Part shown: positions 51,639-64,000 of the stretch, in pieces | Numbering within the stretch: position 1 is the stretch's first letter | How the letters are laid out: each line of letters starts with the position of its first letter | From: Patellaria atrata CBS 101060 | Taxonomy: Eukaryota | Length of the DNA: 64,000 nt | Direction of reading: 5' to 3' | Assembly (NCBI GenBank): GCA_010093705.1 | Contig: MU006095.1 | Location: 248,001 to 312,000 of the forward strand | Notes under the pieces: model-generated | Seen by the model: only the letters and a program-made list of their open reading frames with translations | What the model was told of the DNA's origin: nothing | The model's database searches: none | Made by a program: the position numbers and the translations under genes

Positions 51639-53549
51639 CTATGGCACAACCCTCCCCGGATCCCTAGGAAACAGACTCGCCAGCCTAACATTCGGCAGTC
51701 CCAACCAAAGCATAACCACCCTTTCTAACCCCAGCCCCGCACCCGCATGCGGCGGACACCCATAGCCAAAGCCCTGGACATAGTCTCTCACGCCCTCACC
51801 GTCGGGGTTCACGGGCGGGTCTTTCGCGAGCATCTGTGCGCGGAGCAGGGAGGGGGAGTGGATGCGTTGGGCGCCGGAGCAGATTTCTTGGCCGCGCATG
51901 AAGAGGTCGTAGGAGTTTGAGTATTGTGGGGTGGGGAAGGTGGCGGAGGATTGGGGGGTTTGATTTTCGGGGAGGGAAGAGGAGGTTTGATTTTGGGAGG
52001 AGGGCATGGTGTAAAAGGGGCGGATGGCGAGGGGGAATTGGTCGAGGATGTAGAAGTCCGAGTCGTATTTTTCGAGCACGAGGCGGCCGAGGTGTTTTTC
52101 TTGGGGTGTGCTTGGTTGTTGTCAGATATGCTGCGGAGAATTGGGGTCGGATGAGGGGTGGATATAGACGATGCATGTGTGATAAAGGGGATACATACCT
52201 CAAATCGTCGAAATCGCCAATTTCCTCCCCAGCTTCCCTGAGCATAGAAATACCCTCCTTAAACGTGATCCTTGGTACCTTTCCCTTCTCCGGCAGCTTG
52301 AACTCCTCGACTTTGTAACTCTGCCGTACGATCTCCGTCTCCTCTTTATACCTTGTCTTGAGCCCGTCGAAGATGAAGAGCATCATCTCCTCTATCACAT
52401 CCAGGACCTCGTGATAGTGTTCCTCGAACGCCATTTCCAGATCGAGGCCGGAGAACTCGGTCAAGTGGCGCGCCGTATTGCTGTTTTCCGCCCTGAAGAC
52501 CGGACCGATCTCGTACACCCGCTCGAAGCCGGCCGCGATGAGCATCTGTTTCGGCAGCTGCGGAGATTGCGCGAGGAAGGCCTTTTTCTCAAAATAGTCG
52601 ACGCGGAAAACGTTTGCACCACCTTCGGATGCCGCGCCCATGAGTTTGGGCGTCTGCGTCATGATGAAGCCGCGCGCGTTGAGGAATTCCTGGAAGAGCT
52701 GGGTGACCCCGTGTTTAATGCGGAAAATGGCTCTATTCTGTCTCGCTCTCAGATCCAGAACGCGGTTATTGAGCCTCGTATTCAAGCCCACGAATGGCCT
52801 CTCGCCCTCGGCAGCCTGGGGTTCCTCTTCCTTACCCTCCGCAGGGAGTGGGCGTTCCGCATCCTCGATCTGCAGTGGGAGCATACTGTCGGCCCTGGAG
52901 ATGATATGCAACTCCACGACATGAACCTCAACATCCTTAATACTCGCGCTCTTAACCTCCTCTTGAGTCTTGACCAACAACCCTTTAACCAACACCACAC
53001 TCTCCACCGGCACCGCCGCCGCGAACTTGACCATCTTCCTGCTGATCTTCTCGCCCTCCGCTACAACCGCCTGTACGCTATCCGTTCCCTGTCTGAAGTT
53101 CAGAAACGCGAGCTTCGCGCCCTGCTGTCTCGCATTTATGACTTGTGCCCTGAACGATACAGGTCCCGACAGCTTACCCTCCGACGCCTCTTTCGCGGCT
53201 CGTCCTAGATTCACTCGATTGTCTCCCGTAGGCTTGAAGTCAGGGCCACCGATGAGGGGAAGTTCGCCGTAGAAACCGACCGATACATCTTCGCCAGCGG
53301 CAGCTTCTTGCTGTGCCTTTTGCGCGGCTTCCTTTGCTTTCGCCGCAGCTTTCTTCGCTGCCTGTGATAGGAATTGAGTTAGAAGATGTGGTTTGAAAGG
53401 AATTTGGGAGTTACTGCTGTGAGTACCTTCTCCGCTTCCTTCTGTGCCTTCTTCAAGGCATTCTTGGAGGGGCCGGCTTCTCCTTCTTTCGGACGTTCGG
53501 CGAGGGGTTTATCGGAGCTAAGATCTGTTTGAGGAGTTTCTGAAGCCAT
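51639..53549 (-). CDS. DPS1: Cytoplasmic aspartyl-tRNA synthetase; introns 53364-53426, 52111-52198
   Basis: [58 protein letters not shown]. Confidence 0.95.
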
Positions 53550-54219
53550 TTCTATAAAGATTGTCGTGTGCGGTTTGGGAAGCAATGGTGTTTGTAACTT
53601 TTCAAAGGTGAGGTTGTGGTGGGGTGGAATAATTTATATGGTGGGGTTGCACTTGGACCATCGACATGAATCATAGGGTTGAGTCATGGCGTTTTCTGAA
53701 AGCCTATGATAAAAATTGATTTAGTTCACAGTAATATTTCCCATGGATAGACAACTTAGTACTATTCTTTGCTCTAGATGTAAGGACAATGTGAGGGCGG
53801 AGAGGAACCAGTACTTTTAACGTTTTAATCCAACTCTTCCTATATAAAATTGATCTTTGGCCAACGGAGTATCGACTCCTGAACTTAAAAACTAGAACGT
53901 GAACGAAGGGTTTGAATGTTGAAAAGGGGTAGAGATAGAGGACAACAGAAAGGGTCAAAATTCAACTAAGACGAAAAAGCGTATATTCTTACACCAAACG
54001 ATGGTACCTATGCCACTCCAACCACCGTCACAGCGCCTAATAAGCACGAAACAGAAAATATGAAAGAAAAAAAATGCTCCAATCAATGAGGCATAGAAAC
54101 ACCCAAGCTCCAACCAAAACGACGTGAATGACACGGAGATGTACAAATATCCTACCCATCCCACCCAACTCCATACAACAGATGGTGGTATTGTTTACAC
54201 TTCTCCTATTCCAAACTCA

Positions 54220-57200
54220 CTATACCCATCCCATCGAATTCCTCCCCGCTGGACTCCTTCCACTCCTCTGCCCTTGAACAACCGGACTCCTGCGTCCATG
54301 ATTCACCTTCCCGAGCGCCGCTCTAGCCTCCACACTTACTGGATCCTGCCTTGGTGTTCCAGGCGGTGATAATGTGCGAGTGGGAGTGGGCGATTGCCCT
54401 GGCAACTCTGTCTGCGGTTGTGACGTCGGACCACCCCTACTCGCTCCATCCCCACCTCCCACCGCTCCCGCTGTTCCTCTCCCACTGATTTCGTTAGGGT
54501 TACTTTTGACGCTTCCCTCATCATCCTCAATATCCAATCTCCTTCTCCAAGTCGCCATACTCTCCCCAAACTCTGCCGTCGTCGGAGTTCTCTCAAACTC
54601 AAAGCGGTCACTGAGTCTATACTGTCTGTTTGTTGTTTCCCAGTGGGAGCGAAGTTGGTCTAGTTCCGAGGCGAGAGAATCCAGTGCCATGCTATTTCTC
54701 GTGTCTACCTCATTAATTGCGTTCTTATCGTTTGATTCGTCGTCTGGGTTGATAGAGGGGCTAAGGGAGTACAACGACTCCCCTCCCACGCTGTCAGAGG
54801 TATTGGTACGGCGGTGTCCAAGAGGCGGGTGTAGGGTACTGGGATTGGAGTTGGGGTTGAGGGTGTGTCCATTTGAGCGACGGTGGGATTGACGCCGATA
54901 ATTGTCGACGCTTGATTCGAATTGATCGAGGAACATCTGGACTCTGGTCTCAGCGTCGTGGACGCGTTCTTCGAGGGCCGCGTTTTCGTGTCTGAGAGCA
55001 TCAAGTTCCGTTCGGGATTGGTGCTGCTGCTGTTCGAACTGCTGGGATTGGTTGAGGAGGTTGTCTCGGTCTTGGGTCGCGGTCTTGAGTTCGGTTCGAA
55101 GTTGATTGATTTGTGCTTCGAGGCGTTCAACCCTCTCAACGTAGGCCTTGAGATTCGCTTCTGCACCCTCAACAGCTCTGCGCAGACTCTCTCTTTCTTG
55201 CTCCCAATCCGACGGCGCATTGGCAGCCTGTCTCGCTTGCTGTAAGTCCCTCTCCAACTCACCATTTGTATGCTTATATTTCTGGAGCTCCTGCTTCATC
55301 TTACTCAGCATCTTCTCAGTGCCCCTAAGATACTTCACCGCAGCCTGATTATCATTATCTAAGGCAGTAAGTTTCTCCTCCCATTCCCTGTTGACCTCGT
55401 GTTCTCTGTTCTCAAATGTGGTGCGCATTTCGTCGTGGGCTCTGATGCTGGCGTTGAGCTGCTCTTCCAGTTCCTTGATCCGATTGAACTCGGGGGTATC
55501 GAAGCGGGAATTTGGACTATCATTACCGTTTCCTCGCGAACGGCCGCCGGTTGCACTCATACTTCTTTCTTCGAGTAGTTCTTTGAGTGTCTTCAACTGC
55601 ACTTCCAATGCATTACTCTCAAGATGGCTTCGCTCGTACTGCTGTTGTAGCTCACTCTTCTCGGTGAGGAGAGCTTGATAATCCTTACTGGCAGCTTGCA
55701 ACTGCTTGCGAATCGACAAACTCTCTCTACTCGCCTGTTCCTGATAAGCTTCTAGCCCAGCAATACGTTCTTCAGCGCGACGTAGTTTCTCAGATGCTTT
55801 GTCTGCGGCATCTTGGTTCTGGCGAACCATGGCGTTGGCGGCTTCTACTTGCTGCTGGAGAATCGTGACGCGTTCGTCTGTTGCTTGGATATCGTCTTCA
55901 TCATTCTCGACATGTACACCTAGACCGGAGAGGACGGCTTCACGGTGAGCTCTGGCTTCAGCTGCATTCTTCTCTGCCAGATCTTCAGCATCTCGAAGCC
56001 GTCTCGCTGTCGCCTCGAGTTCCGATGTTCTCTGCTCATGTTCCGCTTTCAACTGTGCCAACTTCTGCTCGAACGAGCTTCTTAGACTCCGCTCCTCATC
56101 CAGTTTTCGTTCAAGTAGAGACGCTTTATCCGACGAAGCAGTAACCGCTTCACGAAGAGATATCAGCACGGTGGTATGAGTCTTCGCATCTACCAGTGCC
56201 TTCGAAAGCTTCGTAGAAAGATCATTCTTATCCACAGTGAGCAACTTCGAGGAAGCCTTCGCATCAGCACTATTTGCCGCCTCTTCACGAGCTACCCTCT
56301 GAGCTTCATGCAGCTCAGCCCTCAACCGTTCAACTTCGGACCCGTTCTCTTGCCTGTACGATTCCAGCTCCGAAACACGCTTTTGTGCCTCTTCCGCCGT
56401 TTCTTCAGCTAGCTGTCTCGCTTGTTTATGTGATTCGAGTTCCCTCACTAGGGCATCGTTTTTGGCTGAAAGTGAAGTTTGCGCTGTGAGAGCCGCAGCT
56501 AACCGTCTGCTCATATCGTTCGAGCGTTCGAGATCCGGTGTGCCCATACCGCCGCGTTCATTTTCCGGCTGTGGTGTACCAGCTTGACTCCCACCGAGAG
56601 CGGCAAGTTTCGCTTTTGCGTAGACAGCCTCGTTAATGGCAGCATCCCTCTGTTTTTCAATCTCAGCCACTTTATTCGCAGAAGCCACCGCTTGAGACTC
56701 AATTGAACTTTGCATATTGGCAAGTTCGGACCTCATTTTCAGCAAAGCTTCTAGTAGGGGCCGATCATCCTCTTCGAAGACTTCGGAGAAACGTTGGTCT
56801 GGAACGGGAGAGTTGTTGGTGCTTTGCTGATGGCCGGATTTTCGTGCTATTGCGAGCTCAGAAGCATACCAGGCATTTTTACTTCGTAGAGTTTCCAACT
56901 CTTTCAATAGCAAATCATGTTGCTGACCTAGCGCGGGGGAAGAACCAACTCCACTGTCCACGGGCATATTGGAATCACCGCGGGTTGCGCCCAGTGGTCC
57001 ATCTACTGATGGTCTAGGAGTTCCACGTTCGATGCTGTCCAGTGAATTCTGCTGCCGTGTAGATCTGGAATCATTCCGGGAGGGAGCGGTTTGAGCACTT
57101 TCCGCGACGGATCTAACTGTATCCATGGATTGTTTCGGAACTGCAGAACGATTCACGTCAGCATAATTCATTTGCCGTGAATCACTTGAGTTCTGCGTTC

Positions 57201-57603
57201 GCAACGATGGACTATTTCGTAGATTATTTTCCTGCTGTACCGACTGGATCTGACCGGAGTTTGGGGAGTTATTGTCGCGTTCGAATGAAGCGTTTCGACT
57301 CGTATCAATCGCAGGACCAACCCCTCGTTCATTCTTAGTAGGAGTCTTACTTCGCGGTCCAAAGTTACCCTGAGCCGCACCATTGGACCTGGGTTGCGGT
57401 GCTTGTTGTTGAGGAGGGGGTCCTGAAGGCGCCTGACCAGCCGCAACCCGAGGAAGCCTGGAACTCAAAGGTCCAACTTCCGGTGCTCGACCTGCTAATG
57501 GTCCACCTACACTCTCTCTTGCCATTAACTTGCCTTGAGGGATGCCACTTCGTTCACCGCTCCCCTTTCGAGGTGGTGGTCCTCTGGCAGCATCTGCTGC
57601 AAT

Positions 57604-57634
<31 letters not shown>

Positions 57635-59162
57635 GCTGCCGTAGGCGGGTCCGTTGTAGGATACCTGATCTTAGAAGTATCTAGGACGTACGCGAAACCA
57701 AGTTCGCCCGGATCACGTGGGGTAGAGCTTGGTTCACCAGCGAGAACCACGATGTACTTTCCGTACGATGTCATGCTATGTCCGGAACGAGGTGATGGTG
57801 ATAGGCCCATATTTTGGAACATGTACCAGCGCCTTGATGGGATTTTGAAAGCAGCGAGGTCTCCTAGGTCGTTTCCTTCCTTGGTTCGGCCACCAAATAC
57901 ATACATCGTGTCACCGACAATTGCAGCTGCATGACCTTCTCGTGCAAATGGAATGTATCCTATGCAATCAAGGTCTTCCCACTTGTTAGTTCGGGGGTCA
58001 TAAGTCCATACATCATTAAACCAGTTTACGCCATCGGTTCCACCGAACCTGGGAAAATTATCAGATGTGTAAACTGCCATACCGGATTACGAAACTTACA
58101 GATAAATCCTATCATTCCATGTTACGATTGAATGATTTGTCCTAGCAGGTGGAACCTTTTCCTTTGTATAACCTTCTCTACTATTAGGAATTAATACTTC
58201 CCATCTATTACTGGGTGTTTGGAGGGCATTAAGATCAAAAGCTATCAAATCATTATAAAAATCTCTTTCTACCTGACCTCCAAAAATGTAGATTTTGGAA
58301 CCTAGGATGTTAAGAGTGTGACCATAACGACCGGATGGTCTTGGCCCTGCCGGCAAAGCTCTTGACCATTGCTTCGTAGCTGCGAAACGGTTAGTATATT
58401 GAAAAGACAAAACAATTAAATATCTTACAGGTATTCAATAGATATAGTGTATCATCCAAAACATCACCATCATCAACTTTTGTATCGCCTCCAAATACTA
58501 TGAAGGCGTTTCCGACTAGTAGACTTGCATGGCCTACGCGAGGTCCTGGTCCTTCAGATGTTGTCGCTACTTGATAACAGGACATGCTCCCCGCAGTAGA
58601 CTCAACCATCCATAGATCACCTTTGACCGTAGATCCATTGATTAAGCCACCCATCATATATATAGAGCCATCCTTGGAGGCGACAGCATTAACAGCAGCG
58701 CCATATCGAGGAAATGGGCTAACAGGTGAGGTGAAGTTAAGTCGAAGCTGCGCCCATGGGTATGGTGAATCTGCAGGACCTCTCGCAGGACCACCATTTC
58801 GGCCATTCTGCTGGAGCCATAGTCAGTGGTCTTGATTCTTCGTCGCGTTTTGAGATTTCTTATAGAAGAATCTCAAGTTTTAAACTTACCTGCAATTCCG
58901 AATCTGCCCTTCCTCGCAAGCCTTTTGTTGGGTCGGGACTTGCAGTGCCTAACGCACCTTGTAACGAGTTCAAAGAATTGTTCACGCTGCTACCCGGTGT
59001 CGGGGTTTGATTGGGAGCAGGACTCGATACGGCATCTCCTCGTCCGGCAAATCCATTCACGGTAGGTATTTGAGATGTATGTCCATGTGCGGAGGAGAGA
59101 TCTCGTGAAGCAGCAGGTAGCGCGGAGTGCTGATGTTTTTTAGATTTGAACAAAAACGACAT
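54220..59162 (-). CDS. KEL1: Kelch-repeat/coiled-coil cell polarity protein (Tea1/Kel1 family); introns ~58818-58888, ~58380-58428, ~58051-58097
   Basis: Kelch repeats (PFPRYG, PGPRVGHA, PSGRYGH, PPARTNH, AREGHAA, PSPRSGH), poly-Q, long coiled coil, LASELDQLRSHWE. Confidence 0.9.
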
Positions 59163-61626
59163 GGCGACAAAGCGCCTGAACGGTGGTCAGGACGGATTTC
59201 TCAAAGGTAAAGATCGTTCATCCGGTGAAAATCAAAGATGGAAAATCGTAGAAACGGCGAAGGTCGTATGTGAGACCCGAAAAGTGTTGTGGAATGGTAT
59301 GAGGCGCACGGGGGTCGGGGCGTGTGGGTGACGGGTCGATCTGGCTCGCGACCATTGACGAGGAAGAAGATGCCAGGAAGGTTGAGACCGGTTGTAGGAA
59401 GAGGACCGGTAATGCGCAAAGGTTTGTATGGAGATCCAAAAGTTTCTGGTGGTTTTGGTGTGGAGTTTGTGATACACTGGATTTCAGGAATTGTGGTGTT
59501 GAATAATCGGGGCTTGAATTTAGGGATTAGGGAGACTCGCGGGTTGTTTGAGGATTTCGGGCAGGGATCAAGCAGCTGCAGGAGAGCAGATCACTGGAAC
59601 CAACTCACCACGGAATGATGGGAACCTTTGACACTGCAGTTTTGGTACTTTACAAGTACGCATAAGTTTACATTAATATGTTGAATTCAAACCTTACGGA
59701 TTGCTGGGCAGCGGCGACTGCTGACTTGAGATGTGGCTTTAAACCCAGTTTATATGGGATGGAAGCTCAAGAATGACTTTCTATTAACGTTGACGAAGTG
59801 GATATATCTTGAATCGTCTCCTCTATGACTATATCATTCCTGTATTGCTATCATCCTCATTACTCATCTCTATACACTGCCGTCTTCAGAATCTCTTTTC
59901 TTTCTTTCTTGACTTTTTCAGGTTTCCCCTGATATTTTATTTTTGCTTGAATTTCCCAGTCGACGGATAGAAATCTGCGGCTAGCGATTGGCATTGAATG
60001 ATTCGCTATATTCTATGCATTGACCCCTTAGTCCACCCCCAGGTTTCCATTTCCGGCTTTTGCTGGAATTAAAACTACACCCACCTTTCTATATATCTAT
60101 GTATCTATAGAATAGATTGAAAGGATCCATTCGTCTCAGCTCTCTGCACCTCCACTTGTATTCACCCCTCATGCATCAATTGTACCCGCACCGACAAGGA
60201 TGTGGCTCACTTTGCTGGGAACCACTGGGGCCAGAATACAAATACACCTTCTGTCCCACCACAGTAGGCTCCTGCAAGCATGGGAGTTTGTATATTAGGT
60301 GAAAGAGATATACAATATCATTCTATTCCGTGAATAGCTAAAGTCTATATGAGACTATCATGAGCCCATAAGAGAGATATTATGGTTGTGTGATCCGTAC
60401 TGTACTCAAGTCCTTCCATGTCAAAAGTCCCCGCACCTCACGCAGCCTGACTGCATTCAGTGCTTTGTCACCCTCTACATGTCCACGGCGTTAGGAGACA
60501 TTTATCTTCGAATCCATTATAGGGAGTATCTTTCAATCCACTCGTGCGTCCATCTTCGTATCCTTTGTCTTTATTTGAACCTAGACTGTCCTTGTTGTTG
60601 GATTGTCACCGAAGGACGTGAGCCGAATCACAGCATCCAGTAACTTGAAGGACGAAGGACAGAGCAAACAGTTCTTTGTCATCTAATAAACTATAGCGAG
60701 ATGGAATCATACGCTCTGGAATCCACTCATACCTTTTATCTGGTACGAATGAAGTTGCACTCAAGGGGACACTTCGTCTCATCACAGGTGCTATTAGACA
60801 TGCTCTCATCCCACGTTGACAATACACCTCACCAACCCTTTTTACAGCGTTTGCCACGACGTACATCTATCGTTTGTACGGTATCACCGGTGACGAATCC
60901 CACTCCTCATCTCATTGCATCTGCTCTTTATAAAAGCGATGGGAAAATACTCCTTTGAGTCAATATAGGGTTAGGAGGCTGCTCTATGAAGCTTCACTTC
61001 TATTAATACGTATACTTCATAGAAACCGGAAAACCCCCTCATCCAGGTTGTCCGTATTCTTCCGCATTGAGATTCCGTAGGCGTATCTTCTATAGAACTC
61101 CAAGGACAGCTTTTAAATAGCTCGGGTTTACGAGGTTAAGGTAGTGTAGTGAGAAGGTTGGAAAAAGGCTTAAGGCCAAGGCCTGGTCGAAATATTTGTT
61201 GCTACGCAAAACGAGTCGATGATTTCAAATGCTGATAACTAAGTACCAAAATTTTTTATAAAAAGATTTTGGTATCGTTAGAAAGAGCGTATCGTAATCA
61301 GCTATCAGAAGTCTTTCAATATTATTCTCGAGACCTGCGTTGTATTGAAATAAAGTTAAACTCAATCAATCTTTTTTTGTTTTTGGTAATTGCGGCAAGC
61401 AATTTTTCGGGTAGGCCTAGGCTTTCATATTCTGTGAGGATCACGTGCGGGGCTAAACTTCACCGGCGTTCAGTTGTTTACCCCTTGCACTACGCTAGGA
61501 TATAGCTCACCTATATGCTATTAAAAGTTCAGCGTATTATTAGCCTAAATATAATTATTATTATTATTATAAATTTATAAAGGGTTATTATTTAAAAAAT
61601 TAATATTTACTTTTTAATTTAATATA

Positions 61627-63030
61627 TATTACGGCTATAAGTTGTAGGAATATACAGTCGACGAGTGAGGGGTGTGACGACGTGTCACGATGCTGATTCC
61701 GTATTTCCTATGCTGAGTGTTTGGTTTGTTTGCAAGAGATCTTTGCCGGGTCGGACGCGGAAAAGATCTCTGAGCGCTGATTAGTTAAACGGAAGACAGT
61801 CGGGCCGAGGCTTGGCAAGGCGGGACTGTTATGTGCGGGTATTCGGCCCACGATATTATTGTTCCTTAACTTAATCTCCACACTTAGTAGTTAGTAATGG
61901 AGATAGTTAAAATACGATTACTACAGCTATACTACATTGTCACAAGGGGAAGAAAGGAGGACCACTCGGGAGAACTGCGGGTGACACTGGCGATCAGGGT
62001 CACGTGACTTGGACGTTTGGACGCGTTGGTCGTATGGTCGCAAGTGGAACGACCGAACGACTAGGACGACTAAGCGACTAGGAGAATGGACGTTTAAACG
62101 CGTTAGTCGTACGGTCGTAAGTAAAACGACCGAACGACTAAAACGACCAAACGACCACCAAGTTAAACTATAGAGAAAGAAGAATATTTAAGGACGGTCT
62201 TTCCCTTATATATCTAGATTCTTCGTAGTTACTCTTACCATTAATCTTACCCATAGATTTGGATGTTACGGTTTTAAACTTGACTTCACTTGTCACGCTG
62301 TTTCTATACAGTACGTCTTGTCTCATTATAAGCATTACCCGAAGTTAAGGAGTTAGCAAGTTATATCGTCAACTTGAAGTGCCTTTGTTATACGTATCCT
62401 ATCACTTTGCCAAACCTACCCTAGTGGTTAACCACGTTAAGTGAGAAGCTAGGCGCGTTTCTAGACTTATCCTATTCTATCTCGATAAGTTGTTACAACG
62501 GGAGTCTATACTTATCGAGACGGAACAGGATAAACCTAGAAACGCGCCTGGCTTCTCACTTAACGTGGTCAACCACTAGGGTAGGTTTGGCAAAGTGATA
62601 GGATACGTATAACAAAGGCACTTCAAGTTGACGATTCAACTTGCTGACTCCTTGACTTCAGGTAATGCTCACAATGAGACAAGACGTACTGTATGGAAAC
62701 AGCGTAACAAGTGAAGTTAAGTTCAAAACCGTAACATCCAAATCTATGGGTAAGATTGATGTAAGAATAACCACGAAGAATCTAAATACATGAGGGAAAG
62801 ACCGTCCTTAAATATTTCTATCCTCCATAGTTCAATTTAGTCGTTTCGTACTTTTGGACGTGGTGGACGTTCTGGACGTAACATCCTTTTTGCGTCCACT
62901 GCGTCCGCTGCGTCCGCTGCGTCCACATCACGTGACCCTGACACTGCTATTTTTCCGTAGTTGTGCCGTGTGGTCCTCCTCTCTCCCCCACTTGCCAACT
63001 ACATGCTTCCTACGATCTGTGGCCGTAACA
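61627..63030. mobile_element. Two related solo-LTR-like elements in inverted, abutting orientation (61627-62490 interrupted/truncated; 62491-63030 complete)
   Basis: Right copy has TGTTAC...GTAACA termini; 62160-62490 is a near-perfect reverse complement of 62510-62838, and similarity extends outward. Confidence 0.8.
61673..61944. mobile_element. Nested solo LTR (272 bp) with 5-bp TSD AGGGG
   Basis: TGTGAC...GTCACA; AGGGG at 61668-72 and 61945-49. Confidence 0.85.
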
Positions 63031-63618
63031 CTTAACTATAGAGTAGCTATTATAGATATTTATACTCCCTAGCATAATATATTCAGTTACACCTAACCTA
63101 TTAGTATAAAGTGCTTAGTAACCGTTATAAGTAAAATAAAAATTTCTTATAATATATTATTAAAATTTTTAAAATGGATTAAATTCAATTATAAATTATT
63201 ATTAATAATAATTAGCAAAATTTTGAAGGTAAAAGAAAAATAATTGAAAATACTTTTTAAATATATTTTTAGTAACTTTAACGTACATAGTAAAGTCATA
63301 TATTTAGTTTCAGCAATACGCCGAACTTTTAGCACCGCGCTACTCCGGGTGGCTTGTCATCACCGGGTGGAGCTCCACAGTGGAAGTGAAGCTTCTTTGA
63401 CCGACTATCAGCTACATCACGTTTTGTACATTTCTGTCTTATGTATCACTGAATCACACCAACACTCGAGGTCACACAAATATTGCCCACTCACTCTACC
63501 TACAAACGATCTCATCACCTTCACCTTCGCCCTACAAACTACAACCCAACACCTCGAACTGCAACATGGATTCTAACCTAATATCTTAATAAGGTGAGTA
63601 TCAAGATCCGAAGCTAAC

Positions 63619-63981
63619 ATGGCACCCTCAATGTCAAAACAGAAAGGCCCGCAACCTAAATTAAGCCCGTTGGAAACTGATGGAGAAGCTTCCGCCGTAA
63701 TCACCTACTCACGCCCTCCATCCGCCGGTACTACCCTGCGACCTCAATCTGCGGTGAAGGGTGAAGTTCTGCCTGACAGGACGAGGCCAAACACTTCGAC
63801 CTCGAGACCGGAGGGACGTCCGCAACTATCACGCGCAAAAACAGACGTAGGACCTCGTCGCGAGGACGTAAAGCAAGATGCGGAAGAGGAAGTCAAACAG
63901 AATGGCGACGACGAGTGGAAGATTCGTCATGGGTTTGAGAATCAGCTCTTATCGGAAGAGTACAATAATCTGTTGAATTCC
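63619..63981 (+). CDS. KOG1: First coding exon of probable TORC1 subunit Raptor (gene continues beyond window)
   Basis: W.IRHGFENQ..SEEY..LLNS followed by GTAAGT resembles, from memory, the N-terminus of Pezizomycotina Raptor; diagnostic domains lie outside the window. Confidence 0.65.
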
Positions 63982-64000
63982 GTAAGTCATTGGCAATCTG

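Larger units (their letters stand above)
61517..63336. mobile_element. Degenerate TIR element remnant enclosing the LTR cluster
   Basis: ~35-bp inverted similarity (taaaagttcagcgtatt..ctaaata vs tatttag..aatacgccgaacttttag) with very AT-rich inner flanks; no clear TSD. Confidence 0.45.

Noticed and set aside
50042..53208. Long antisense or alternative-frame ORFs over SSZ1 and DPS1
   Set aside because: Shadow ORFs of GC-rich coding sequence.

Overview
This is a eukaryotic window from a filamentous ascomycete (Pezizomycotina): short GT-AG introns with CTRAC-type branch sites and RIP-like C>T/G>A decay. Apparently intact genes encode a PHO84-type phosphate transporter, an AA9 LPMO, an FAD oxidoreductase, PRP21/SF3A1, a secreted lactonase-like beta-propeller, SSZ1, aspartyl-tRNA synthetase, a Tea1/Kel1 kelch protein, the first exon of probable Raptor/KOG1, and three hypothetical proteins. 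Pseudogenes include DUF7924-like, amidase, an MFS fragment and a His-Cys box nuclease. There are solo LTRs with TSDs and a nested LTR palindrome. The most unusual region is an ORF-poor, splice-signal-rich locus at ~16.9-21.6 kb. It holds seven tandem, covarying H/ACA-like RNA units, one near-canonical HDV-like ribozyme fold upstream of the array, and three degenerate HDV-like folds alternating with the later units. All RNA structures were read by eye and none was computed or tested.
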